A DNA stretch of 64,000 bases from Felis catus. Lineage: Eukaryota. The stretch is from assembly GCF_018350175.1 (NCBI RefSeq), contig NC_058368.1, positions 103,418,001-103,482,000 of the forward strand, given 5' to 3'. Both the position numbers and the translations under genes were made by a program. Shown piece after piece: positions 37,683 through 49,625 of this stretch. The notes below the pieces were generated by a model that saw only the letters and a list, made by a program, of their open reading frames with translations, did not search any database and was not told the origin of the DNA. Numbering within the stretch: the first letter of the stretch is position 1; the number at the start of each line of letters is the position of its first letter.

Positions 37683-40600
37683 ATCTTCCTCTCACATTTT
37701 ACTATGAGCAGCAGTTGGAAACTAAGCTGCACCTTCAACACTGTTGGAACTACACTCAGCTAAATATTTAAATTCATTACTTTCAAGTCCCACTTTCTGC
37801 ATAACCATAGAACATAATTCAGCTAAGCTTTCTGTCCTTATATAACAACGTTCCTCTTTCCTCCAGTTCCCACTAAGATGTTCCTCATTTCTTAAGAGCC
37901 CTCACCAGCATATGTTACTATTATTTTAATGCCATATTTCTACTAGCAATCTGCACACACACAAAAAAAAATCTAGGCTTTTTCTATTATGTTCCTCATA
38001 ATTCTTGCCCGTTCTATCCAATGCCAAATTTCAAAGTCACTTCCACATTTTTAGATATTTGTTACAGTAGCCTTCTACTTATAGGTACCAAAATCTCTGT
38101 TCGTTTCTTGTTGCTACTGTAACAAATTAACACAAACGCAGTGGCTTGAAAGAACAGAAATTTATTCTCTTCCAGTTCTCCAGGCCAGAATTCCAAAATT
38201 AATCTTATGGGGCAAAAGGTGAGGTGTCATCAGGAGTGGCTCCATCTGGGGGCTTCAGGGGAGAGCCTGTTCTTTACCTCTTCCGCTTACAGAGCTGAAT
38301 GCCATTCTTTGGCTCCTGGCCCTAACACTCTAATCTCAGCCGCTTAGTCACACTACCTACTCCTTTACAGTCAAATCTCCTCTGCATCATTCGTACGAGA
38401 ATACTTGTGATTGCATTTAGAGTTCACTTGGATAATCCAAGATGTCTCCAAGATAACCCAAGATCATCTTGCCATCTCAAGACACTTAACCATCTATCAA
38501 GTTCCTTTGCCACATAACACATTCCTACTTCCATAGGTTCCAAAGATTAAGATGTGAGTATACTCAGGGGTCATCATTCTGCCTACCACACTAAGTATTA
38601 TTCCGGAGAGAACAAGATGCCCCTGAACCTAATTAATTTTTAGACTACTATGTTTACTTTTAAACTTCTATCTCTTAAGGTTACTCAGACAAAAAAGAGT
38701 AACAAGACCAGGTTAGGCTGAGGCTGGGAGAAATAATCAGGAGGTAAACCAAACCCAGAAAGCAGACAGAAAGTATATAAATGTTCCCTGGTATAAATAT
38801 CCACATTGGTAACGAGAACCCTGAAATAGCAGGAAGCCCAAGGCTTAAGCAAGGATAGGAGTGAGAAGTTCAAGAAAAAGGAGCCAGGAACAAGAAGACC
38901 CTGAAAGTTAAGAAATTTTATCAAGCAGGCAAACTTCTCATTCTTTTCCTGCTGTGGCACATGTAAATCCTCAACCATTGGTTCAACAGCTGAAATGGAG
39001 AGTGCAAGCTTAGAAATTAAGAACAAAAACAAAAAAACTGAACTGCTTCATGCAGAAACTTCTAGAACATCAGAGATTTATTAACTTTCTTTTTGAAAAT
39101 TCTCTCAACTTACTGTATTTCTTCTCGACTCAATAATAAAATTCTAGTTCTTGCAGACTTCTAAAAGTACTACTTCCCTGATTTAATAATCTCTAAACAA
39201 GATTCTGTCTATAATTTGATAAAAATGTATAATCCTTTTCCCCATCTGTACAACCTCTATCCCTCTGCTTATGAAGGGTTTTTGAACCTTGCATTTATAT
39301 GTGATAGATTTCTATTTGAACATGAATTCTTGGCATTTTATGAGTGCTCCATCTTGGGTTTCCATATATGAATACAGATAGGCCATATTGTTTCTCAGAA
39401 CAGATACTCACTCTCTTTATGTGAACATTTAGCATCTGCCTAGTGATGAGAGTACAATCTTTATGTGTCGGCCATAAAACCTTCAAATTGATGGAAAGTA
39501 TCTGTCTATTCAAAATAGATATTTTGCTACTTATTCCCAAATCCCAAAGCACATATTCAAATAGTTTTGTAGAAAGTAACACTGTACCTCCATGGAATTT
39601 AAACTTGTAGAATTTGGGCATCATCTTATCATTCCGTATTCTATTACAACATAATTGTGTGACTCCATGAGAATTAGCCAATGTAGGGGCAGTCATTGTC
39701 TGAGTTAATAGATTACTCTCATTATTCACCACAGCTATCAATTACCACTGAGTACCATGATAACTGAATTGCTTCTAATACTGTTCTTGGGAGAGTATGA
39801 ACATTTGGGGTCGTCAGAGAACACGAACAAAAAAAGCTTCGGTGGGGGGTGAGTGTGTGCCCACGTGCATGTGTATAAATATGTTCAGAAAGACAATTCT
39901 GCAGGAATTCGTTTCTAGCATAAAAATTGATTTCAAGTAATAAAATGTAAAGTATTTCAAAAGGAAAAGCATGGCTAAATAACCTCAGGAGAGACACCAA
40001 GGTCGCACATCGTTGCTCCCCCCATCTCACTCTGATGATCACACCCAGTATCAGCACCCTGAAAACACAGGCAAGTTTAAAACTACCTCAGCCCTGGCAA
40101 GTTGCAATTTCCCCTGCACACTTTTCTTTTTTCCTTTGAACCACAGTTGACTGAACAATACATATAACCTTTCATTTTTTTTATGAAAAGCAACAGCTGG
40201 CAAATTGTTAAACTGTTTGGAAAATTCTGGCAAAGTAATGTTAGTTTAAGACAATGCTAGCTGACATAAACTTGTCGCATTAGGACAGATTAAAAAGACT
40301 AATGGAAACGTTAAGGAAAGAAATAAAGAAGGTCATTGCACCACAGTAAGATCTTGCCCTGGGCTTGGACTGTAGACAATAGATCTGAAACTGCCGCAGA
40401 CTGATGCCATTAAAAAAAGGAAAGAAGAATCCATCCAAATGGGTCCATACTAATGCATCGCCAGACCTATCATTCTGTGGCACACCAGCACATATAGCTG
40501 TAAAAGACTGAATGCAATTACTTCCTATTTTCTCCAGTCACAATTGGAAATGCCAATCTGCATAGACTGCAAAGCAAGCATAGCTTACAGCATGTTTTTC

Positions 40601-42044
40601 AATGCACTTTCATCATTTCCCTTTGAGTTAATCCCATCATTGATATAACAAATGGCTTTTTCTCATTCTTTTGAGTGTTTATATGTATATACTACCTAAC
40701 AACCACAAAACATTGAAGAATACCACTGGTATTTTGATACATAAAAACGAAAGGGATTTGTTACATTTGCTTCATGTATATTACAGACAGACTGCTTTTA
40801 CACTAAAATATAAACATATCACAACTTAATGAACGTAAGATCAATAGTAGCTTTTGGTTAACCAAGACATTTCATATAACATTAATTCCTGTGAAAACAC
40901 TGTGAATTCTTATTTACTTATTTGCCCAAATAAAACGGTTATACTCTGGAACAAAACCATGTAGAAATGACAAAAATAAAAACAAAAACAAAACTAATAT
41001 CGAACCATAAATACCAAACTCTTCAATCTGTATGTGCAGTGAATGAATCTAAATCACTATCGCTTACCAACTAAACGTCCATGCAAAATTATGTTTTGTC
41101 ATCGAGAGTAACTCCCTCTCTTCCTTGTTCTCTTTCTTGCTCCATCTGTCATGCTAAAAGTGTGTGTCTGCATGTGCACATGCATGTGTACCTCCTTTCC
41201 CCAAACCCTGATTATGTGTGTTTCATTCTGGATTTAAATTGACTCAAGTCCAGATTATCTCCTTCATGACTCTGTTTCCTGTCTTCCTGAAGGTGATCCA
41301 AGATTTGGGGAGCTTGCCATTATCATTATTTGGGGAGGAAAGATTGGATTTAACCCAGTTTCCCTCTCCTGTAATGTATTTCATGCTATCTGGACCTCTT
41401 CAGGATAAGCCAGCAATAATGCCAGATGTCCACAGTTCTGCCTTGTCCCACAGTGGCTGGTATCACAGGTCACCTTCGTCTTCCTCCAAGCAACCCATTG
41501 TTTCTCCGAGCACTTCCTCATTCCTGCCAAGGGGCTGGGGAACACAGAGTTCTGTCCGACACAGCAATCATGTCCTAACTTGGAATTTCTAAGGCTGTGC
41601 TTGAGCCCCTTCTGAATCATATTTTGCACATTCAACTGCCTACCATTGAAAGTCATGATATTAAAAACTATTTTAGAGCTACAAATTTATGAACCATGCA
41701 CTAATTATGGGACAAAACTGTGTATGTTCAAAATTAAATATGTATACTCATGCAATGTGCATGATTCTGTTTACGTGAAATATAGAAATAATTCATTCAT
41801 ACCAACGATAAAAGATTACAGAAGTTTCTAGAATAACAGAAGTAGTCTCTCACACCTCACTGCAAAACTCCTTTCCTTATGTAACCAATTACGCGTAGTT
41901 TTTATATTTTGTATGTTTATAATATTTACATACATTATTCTATAACACGTATTATTCAATATATCATTATTCTTCAGTAATAAAAGTTGGTTTCTTAAGT
42001 TAATAACTTTTATCCTCAAAATCAATATGGATCTGCCTATGATT

Positions 42045-42263
42045 ATTTATTTATTTGTTAAAAGTTTATTTACTTGAGAGAGAGAGACAGAGCATGAGCA
42101 AGGGAAGGAGAGAGAAAGAGAGAGAGAGAGAATGAATCCCAAGCAGGTTCCATGCTGCCAGCACAGAGCCCACTGTGGGCTCGAACCAACAAACCAAGAG
42201 ATCATTACTTACGCCAAAACCAAGAGTTGGACGCTTAACCAAGTGAGCCACTCAGGCAACCCC
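42045..42263 (-). mobile_element. Can-SINE
   Basis: Reverse SINE body with CCTATGATT on both flanks. Confidence 0.92.
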
Positions 42264-42299
42264 TCCCTATGATTTTTTTAAATAATGGTAACTGTTCTG

Positions 42300-42575
42300 G
42301 CATTTTCCTCTTTCTGCCAATGGCAACTTTTTTCTTCCAGTCATCTTTGATTCCTCTTTTCCTCTTAAGCTCCATATGCAACCCATCACCAAAGCATTTG
42401 GGATCAGCCTTCTAAATACAAGCAGATTCCTTCTACCTGTCTCACTGTCATCATCGTCCAAGCTACCCACCACTGTAACCGTCTCCGAATGATTCCTCTT
42501 GCCTCCTGTCTTTGCGCTGCAAATAGTCTATTTTCCACAGAGCAGACACAGTGATGTTTTTAAAATACTGCCAGG
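42300..42575 (+). mobile_element. L2 fragment
   Basis: CATCTTTGATTCCTCTTTTC...CCCATCACCAAAG...TATTTTCCACAGAGCAGACACAGTGATGTTTTTAAAAT. Confidence 0.65.
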
Positions 42576-42864
42576 TGTACATTTTTTAAAACTTAAATAT
42601 GTCAAACATTTTTAAGTAGGAAACTAAACTGTAGTTTGAGGGGAAACCATGAAAAACACAAGAAAGCAATCACTACAAAAGCCATGATAATGGTCACTTT
42701 TGCAGAATGGGAAGGATGGATGGCAGGGCTTCTATGGTGGCTGACAAAGTTTCACTTGTAGAACTGGGTTCAAGGATGTTTCCATCATAATAATTCAGTA
42801 ATATATACATTTGTTTTGTGGGGTTTTCTGTTTCTATGTTTAACTGTTTATTATTAGCTGACAT

Positions 42865-43330
42865 TATTTTTTAAGAGCAGTTTGAGATTTACAGAAAATT
42901 CAGCAGATAGTACAGAGAATTCCCAGTTCCCCTCTCTCTTTTCAGCCCAGTTTCTTCTAGTGTTAACATCTTGAGTTAGTGTGGGACATTGATTAACCAA
43001 TATTGATGGATTATTATTCATTAAGGTTCATACTGTACATTAGGGTTCACTTTGTGTTGTGCATTCTATGGGTTTTGACAAATTCATAATGTCATATGTC
43101 TGCCTTTCAGTATCATACAGAATAGTTTCACTGCCCTAAGAGTTTCCTGCACTTTACCTATTTATTCCTTCCTCCCCATTAACTCCTGATGACCACTGAC
43201 CTTTTTTACTATCTCCATAACTTTGCCCTTTTCCAAAATGTCACAACGTTAAAATCATACACTATGTAGTCTTTCCAGACTGGCTTTATTAATGTAGAAA
43301 TTTACATTTAAGTATGTTCCGTGCCTTTTT
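42865..43330 (-). mobile_element. L1MC-type 3' end
   Basis: TTTTTAAGAGCAGTTTGAGATTTACAGAAAATT...TACATTAGGGTTCACT...ATCATACAGAATAGTTTCACTGCCCTAA. Confidence 0.8.
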
Positions 43331-43920
43331 TTAGGCCTAGTACCCAATGGTACTCAATAAATGCTTCTCAGACCTATGAATAAACAAATTACTTAACAAG
43401 TGTAGAATATTCCAGGTCATAAACCATTTTGTATTTTATCGTTCTCTTACTAAGGGACACTGAGGTACATCAATTTTGCACCATTACGATTAGTACAGTA
43501 ATTCAAATGTTTGAATGAATAACCTTATCTGCAATTCCACCATTTCCTTGTGTAACAAAATAAAACACAAAAATATGAACTAATGAAATCATCACTTCTA
43601 AAAATCGTCCTCTCTCAGATCTTCCTCCCTGGGCAAAACTGTTATCTTTCCCTTCCCACTACATCTTTATTGTCTGTCTCCTGCTCGTTACTGGACACTG
43701 CATTTGAATCTGCTGTTTTGGAAGACTATGCAATATTAATGAAAATTGAGTTTTAACGTGATACCACAAATTTCACACAAGAAAATGTGTCTCAGGCTGT
43801 GGTACTGGGGAAATTCTAGTCACCAAAGTGATCACAATGGAGATGTGGCAAAGTTAAACAAGTTCACATGAGGAGAAGATGACAGTGACAACTATTATGG
43901 CATGGCAGATGTTTCAAAAT

Positions 43921-44266
43921 AATTATTTTATTTTTAAATTTTTTTTCATATTTAGTTTTGGAGGAGACAGAGACAGAGCATGAGTGGGTAGGGGCAGACA
44001 GGGAGGGAGACGGAATGTGAAGCAGGCTCCAGGCTCTGAGCTGTGACCACAGAGCCTGACACGGGGCTCGAACTCACGAGCCTATGAGATCAGGTCATTA
44101 TCTCAGAGTTCCTGAGTTCGAGTTCGCATCAGGTGAGCATAAGCCCCACATCAGCTGAGCTTGAGCCCCATTTCAGGTGAGTCTTGCTTCTCTTTCTCTC
44201 CCTCTCCTTTGCCCTGGCTCACTTGTACCTCCTCTCTCTCAAAATGAATGAAGGAATGAATGAAAG
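43921..44266. mobile_element. Two Can-SINE 3' portions fused head-to-head (minus 43921-44092, plus 44090-44266)
   Basis: A reverse SINE reads up to TGAGATCA, then a forward SINE continues from TCAGGTCATTATCTCA. Neither has a head. Confidence 0.8.
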
Positions 44267-44963
44267 AGATTAACTTAAAGTTACTAGTAACTGACCAGAT
44301 AGCTATTCTCAGATAACGAGGTTCGTCTCATATTAATCTAAGGCTGAGCTGCCTGGTTCCTGAGTTCTTATGTAGGAAATACTACCCAGCCTCCCTCCCA
44401 GTACCTTAACAGGAAAACTGAAGACTGATAGCTGACTGCATTGATCAGTTTAAAAAAACAGCGGCAATGTTTACAGTGGAAACTAATAAAAGTAGAATTA
44501 CTAACTCTAACAGTAAGAACATTATAAGTTTTGACAGATATTAACAAGTATCCCAACAAAAAGTCTTTACCAAAATACACTCTCATTGGTAGTTTATAAG
44601 AACATATTTTTTCTCCCTTGCCAAAATCTTAGATCACAAATTTTTAAATTTTTTGTTAAGGTGTCAGCAAAAAGAAAAAATCATTTTGATTTGTATTTCC
44701 TTAACAACTAGTGAAGTAGAATGTATTTTCACATTTTTTTATTCTTGTGAATCATTTCTTCATCTTGTTTTTTTGCTTCTGCTTTTTTTTTTCCCAAATG
44801 GCTTGACATTTTAAAAACTGAGTTGAATACGTAGATTTTTTAAACTTAATCCCTACCTCATACTGAGGATGCAAATATATTATTTGTCAGTCCTTAGTCT
44901 TTCAATTTTGCTAATGGCGCTTTTATTTCTTATCCTGTGAAAAATTTTAATTTCTCCATAGTA

Positions 44964-45187
44964 GGGGGGCCTGGGTGGCTCAGTCAGTTAAGCATCCAAC
45001 TTTGGCTCAGGTTGTGATCTTGAGGTTCTTGAGGTTGAGTCCTGCATCGGGCTCTGTGCTAACAGCTCAGAGCCTGGAGCCTGCTTCGGATTCTGTGTCT
45101 CCCTCTCTCTCTGCCCCTCCCTGGGTAGGGGAGGGGCTTGTGCTGTGTCTCTCTGTGTCTCAAAAGTAAGTCAACGTTAACAAAATA
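44964..45187 (+). mobile_element. Felid Can-SINE
   Basis: TSD AATTTCTCCATAGT at 44949-44962 and 45188-45201. Confidence 0.95.
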
Positions 45188-46239
45188 AATTTCTCCATAG
45201 TCAAATCTGTTAGTCTTGCATTATAACTGTTGGGCTTAGATAAAGATCCCATCCTATGTGTACACATTTTAGAACAAGATGACAAAACATTAATATCATT
45301 AGATCATTCCTCAATATTTCCCTCTACAGACTTCATAAATTTCTTTAACTCTTAAAACAATCTGAAGTTTGTGTGAGTATGCGTTTCTGTGTGAGTGTGG
45401 GTGTGTACATGGATGAAATCAATACCTAACCTATTCTCCTCCTACTTCATTTTCAATTGTCCCAATACGGGTACACCATTTTTCATTAATTGGAGATGCC
45501 ACCTTTATTGCAAATGAAATTGTTACACACATGGCCCTATTTTCTTGGATCTTCTACTTCAATGATCTGCTTTTGTGCCAATATCACACTCTTTTAACAT
45601 AAAATAAGTTTTGTAGTTTATTTTAGATACAGAATGGAAATCCCTGTCAAGTATTTTTGTTCATTTCTCTATTTTCAAAATTAAATGGTTACTCTTCATG
45701 TCTTCCTTTTCAGATGCCAACTTCCATAAAGCCCCAAAGGGATTTTCATTGAGTGTCATTAAAGTGACGGATTAAATTTTAGATGACTGGCATCTCTGCA
45801 ATGTATTTTTCTAATCAAAAATATAATATGCATTTTATTTATTCAGGTCTTCTTTTAAATTAGTCTTTTTCTAATATTCACTGACAGTGCTTTCAATATT
45901 GTGCCATCATGATATTTTCTGTAGACTTCTAGGGAGTCTTCTTCAATAACTTAATGGAAATTCTTTCTCTTTTTAGTTACTAGGAGTCAGGGAAATAACC
46001 AAGATATCACTGAGTGAATTTTGTGTTTTGTTTTCAACTTTAAAAAGGAGCTGAAACTATCTCATTTATTTAACTTTTCTTCCATTAAACTATAATCTCC
46101 ATGAGAAGAGAGGCCTTGTCATTATTAACTTTCACAATCCAGCACCAAGGACAGAGGATCTCACTAAATGGTGAATGAATGAAACCACATTTGGGGATTT
46201 ATCCAATGATTCATAAGCTACTATAAGTGTATGGTTCTC

Positions 46240-46470
46240 TGTTTTGGTGGGAACACTTTGAGTTTTAGAGGCAGATCCATTTAATTTGAACCCTGGCTCT
46301 GCCTCTTAATATCAGTGTGATTGTGGATAATTTATTATACTAAGTTTCTTCAACTGAAATTGGAGGGGATGGGACATTGAACCATTATGAGAATTAAATA
46401 AAATGATGATAAAGTTCCTAATACAGTATCAGATACATAATATACAAGAGAAAATACTATTATCATTTTT
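46240..46470 (+). mobile_element. MIR SINE
   Basis: TTTAGAGGCAGA...TTTGAACCCTGGCTCTGCCTCTTA...TTATGAGAATTAAATAAAATGAT. Confidence 0.7.
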
Positions 46471-46498
46471 CTTTCTTAATAAAGTAAAAATACCCTTA

Positions 46499-46695
46499 TT
46501 TTTTTTTAAAAAATTAATGTTTATTTAATTTGCGGGGGGGAGGGGCAGAGAGAGGGGGAGACACAGAATCCAAAGCAGGCTCCAGGCTCTGAGCTGTCAG
46601 CACACAGCCCGATGGGGGACTCAAACGCAAGAACCTTGAGATCATGACCTGAGCTGAAGTCAGACACTTAACCAACTGAGCCACCCAGGGGCCCC
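46499..46695 (-). mobile_element. Felid Can-SINE
   Basis: CAGGCTCCAGGCTCTGAGCTGTCAGC...GAGCCACCCAGGGGCCCC. Confidence 0.93.
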
Positions 46696-47668
46696 AAGAT
46701 TACCTTTTAAAATATCGGTTCAGCAATTATATATGCTATTGTTTATATACGTTATTGAAATATGTGGATGAATGTTTCATGTTTCATGACTTCTTTAATG
46801 AGCATAGCTTGTGATTTTTTTATGACTGAGTTCACGTATGTGCAGTACCACAGAAATCTCACCTTGAGTAAGTATTTTCACCAGCAACCAATACTACATG
46901 AAACTTCTCATAATCCTTCTAAGTGATACAGAATATTCAGTCCAATTCCCCAAATATTTAACATCTCTAAAAAAGGGTTTTCCCAGGCAACCATGATATG
47001 AAACTCTTCCCAAGCCCTCTATTGATGCAAAATATGCAATCCAATTCCACAATGTTAGTTTAACATCCACTCTCTGTATTGTAGGAAATAAAACATGAGT
47101 AAAATAAGACCAATGTCTTCAAAGGAATTCCATATTATGACCAGTTGATGAGAAATGGATTTCAAGTAAACATATGAGTAGGTGTATGTAATTTGCAGAT
47201 ATCATAATATTGCTTTCATACCTATTTGATGCTGAATATATGTGCAGCAAACTTACAAAAATGGAACTAGTTATTTTTAGTGCAAAACCTCCTGGAAATA
47301 AACTGAATAAAATCAAAGATTGAAAAATTTTGAGGGACTCATATATATCAAGTCAGAAATTTCAAATGAGGGATTAAAGGAAGCCCAAAGTTATCAAGCC
47401 AGGTACAAGTTAAAGCCAGATTTCCCAAATGCCAACTAATTATCTCTTTCAAATAGAACATGTGATATATGTTGAGAAGTTGCATTAATTCACTTACACA
47501 CTTCTGTTGTTTTTTAACTTTCTGGCATGGCAATTTATTTGGAAATCCCTGTATTAATACCAAAACTATGTGCTAAATATAAAGCTTTTCTTTCAATTTT
47601 GCACAATCAATCCATTCACCCACTCATCTGAAGATCTGATAAAATAACTTTTAAATTGCGTGTCTCAT

Positions 47669-47798
47669 GGGGTGCATGGGTGGCTCTGCTAAGCATCTTA
47701 CTTCACCTCAGGGCATGGTCTCGTGTTCTATGGGTTCAAGCCCTGTATCGGGCTCTGTGCTGACAGCTCAAAGCCTGGCACCTGTTTCAGATTCTGTG

Positions 47799-47840
<42 letters not shown>

Positions 47841-47907
47841 CGTCCCCTACTCATGCTCTGTCTCTGTCTCTCAAAAATAAATAAACATTAAAAAAATATT
47901 TTTTTAA
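47669..47907 (+). mobile_element. Felid Can-SINE
   Basis: TSD AAATTGCGTGT(C/T)TCAT at 47653-47668 and 47908-47923. Confidence 0.94.
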
Positions 47908-48463
47908 AAATTGCGTGTTTCATTCCCAGAAGCTAGTTATCCCCTAAGAACATATTCACTTTGAGTAATTTAGTTTTGTTAAGCTACACTGTAAAATGCT
48001 CCTATTTTCTCATTTTAAGACTTGGTGACCGATCTTTTTGTTAACTTTTTAAAAACTTGTCTCTAAGTAATACAAAGGTTTCCACTTATTAATCATTTGA
48101 AAAAAATCAGTGATTCTTCAGAACTGTTACTACAAATTTGGTTTTAAAAAGGATTTCTTGAACGGAACAAAAACAATTTTACAATATACAAGTCAGCTAT
48201 TTTTTCCAAATGGTCATGATTTATGAGATGAAATCGATGACCCAATTAAGCTAAATATAGCAAAGTCAAGACCATGTATGACCCAATCCAGTCTAGTCTA
48301 GGTTCTTTGACATGGATATTACTCCAAATAGAAAATAATTAAGTCCTAAAATCTTGGGGGGAATGAACAACAAGTTAATTTCAAATCAATTTTGAGGATC
48401 TGGCTCTTTCTTCTGTGGGGCAGGGGTTATCAGAGCTTCCCTGGTCATCTATAGGTTGATACA

Positions 48464-48860
48464 TGTGTCAGTTTAGGTCCTAAGAAGCAGCTACCAAGGG
48501 ATGTATTAGTATAACTTCCCATGAAAGAGAAATAATCAGCCACAGTGGGCTCAATACATACGAAAGGAATAAGGATGTAGAGAGAGTGTGGTGCAAGACT
48601 GTGAGACAGTAGTGCAGTTGGGAGAAAACCTCCAGCAGGTGAATGAATGATCTCTGAACAAAAGTTGCAAGGTAGAGAGTGCTGAGCAGGGATGTGTAGA
48701 GCGGTACCCACACTGTACTTTGTCACCACTGGGAATGGAGCAGGGAAGACTGGTCTCAATGCGGTGGTGGATTCAGTAGTGATGGCTGAGACTATCAGTC
48801 TACTGCTTGAGGCAGTTTTTCTTGCAAGAGATCTGAGTGGCACGCTCCAGGGCTGCCACA
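48464..48860 (-). mobile_element. LTR16-family (ERVL) solo LTR
   Basis: The minus strand begins TGTGGCAGCCCTGGAGCGTGCCACTCAGATCTC and ends CTGCTTCTTAGGACCTAAACTGACACA, giving TG...CA termini and the LTR16 5' signature. Confidence 0.75.
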
Positions 48861-49099
48861 CTATGTGGACATGGTGGCATACGATAAAACTCAGGGAAAA
48901 GGAATCTCAAACACGTTTTCTTTCTACTATTTTATCATGCTGGGTTATATTCGGAAGAAAAACAGTGTCCATAAGAATATGTCTTATATACAAGAAAAAA
49001 GTAGAGGGAACAAGTATCTGTTTTTAAACGTTGACTTCTAGTTTGTAGCCTCCTTCCAGGGGCAAGGAGAAATGTTGCTGATCCCCTCCAATCTCTCAT

Positions 49100-49625
49100 A
49101 CGAATCTTTGGCCACCTTTTTCAAATCTTCTCTCTGCTCTGCTAATGTGTGTACTTCCCAAGGTCAGATTCAAGTCTTCTGCTTATCTGTCTTCTTCTCT
49201 CCTCAGTTAACTCTCATTACATCCACATCTGTGCCCAAGTAGCTACTTCTCCAATATATTTTCTGCAGCTCCGACCTCAAGCAACAATCTCAACTACCAC
49301 CTAGGAATAGTGACTTTGATGTTTTAACATGACTTTGGCCGTGTTAAAAAAAGAAAAAACAAACAAGTAAAAAATGCATTCCTTCCTTTTTCCAGATGGC
49401 TCCCCCTTTGACTTCCTTAATGTCATCAGCTATTTTTCCCCCGAGGAAACAATGCTTGAAAGATTTGAGTCATCCTCTCCCTACAACCAGAATTATCAGG
49501 GCTTGTCAACTCCTTTTTATGGAAAAGCCTTTTAAATCCTTCATTTCTACTTACAGTACCACAGTCAACATCCTCATCATGCTAACACTGGCCTTACTCT
49601 AATAGTGTCCTGCCTTTTACCTCCC
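49100..49625 (+). mobile_element. L2 fragment
   Basis: C/T-rich degenerate L2 sequence (TTTGAGTCATCCTCTCCC...CTGGCCTTACTCTAATAG). Confidence 0.5.

Larger units (their letters stand above)
28827..38590 (-). mobile_element. MLT1D-type MaLR element (LTR-internal-LTR) carrying nested insertions
   Basis: One LTR at about 28827-29356 (TGTATTCATTTCCTGTTGTC...GCTTAAAACAACAGAAATTTATT, truncated). The other at about 38096-38590 ends CATTCTGCCTACCACA. MLT-internal sequence at about 29370-29655 and 36895-38095 ends GGTACCAAAATC. Confidence 0.8.

Noticed and set aside
48445..49027. 138-aa and 111-aa overlapping ORFs as a novel gene
   Set aside because: They largely coincide with an LTR16-like solo LTR and have no recognisable domain.
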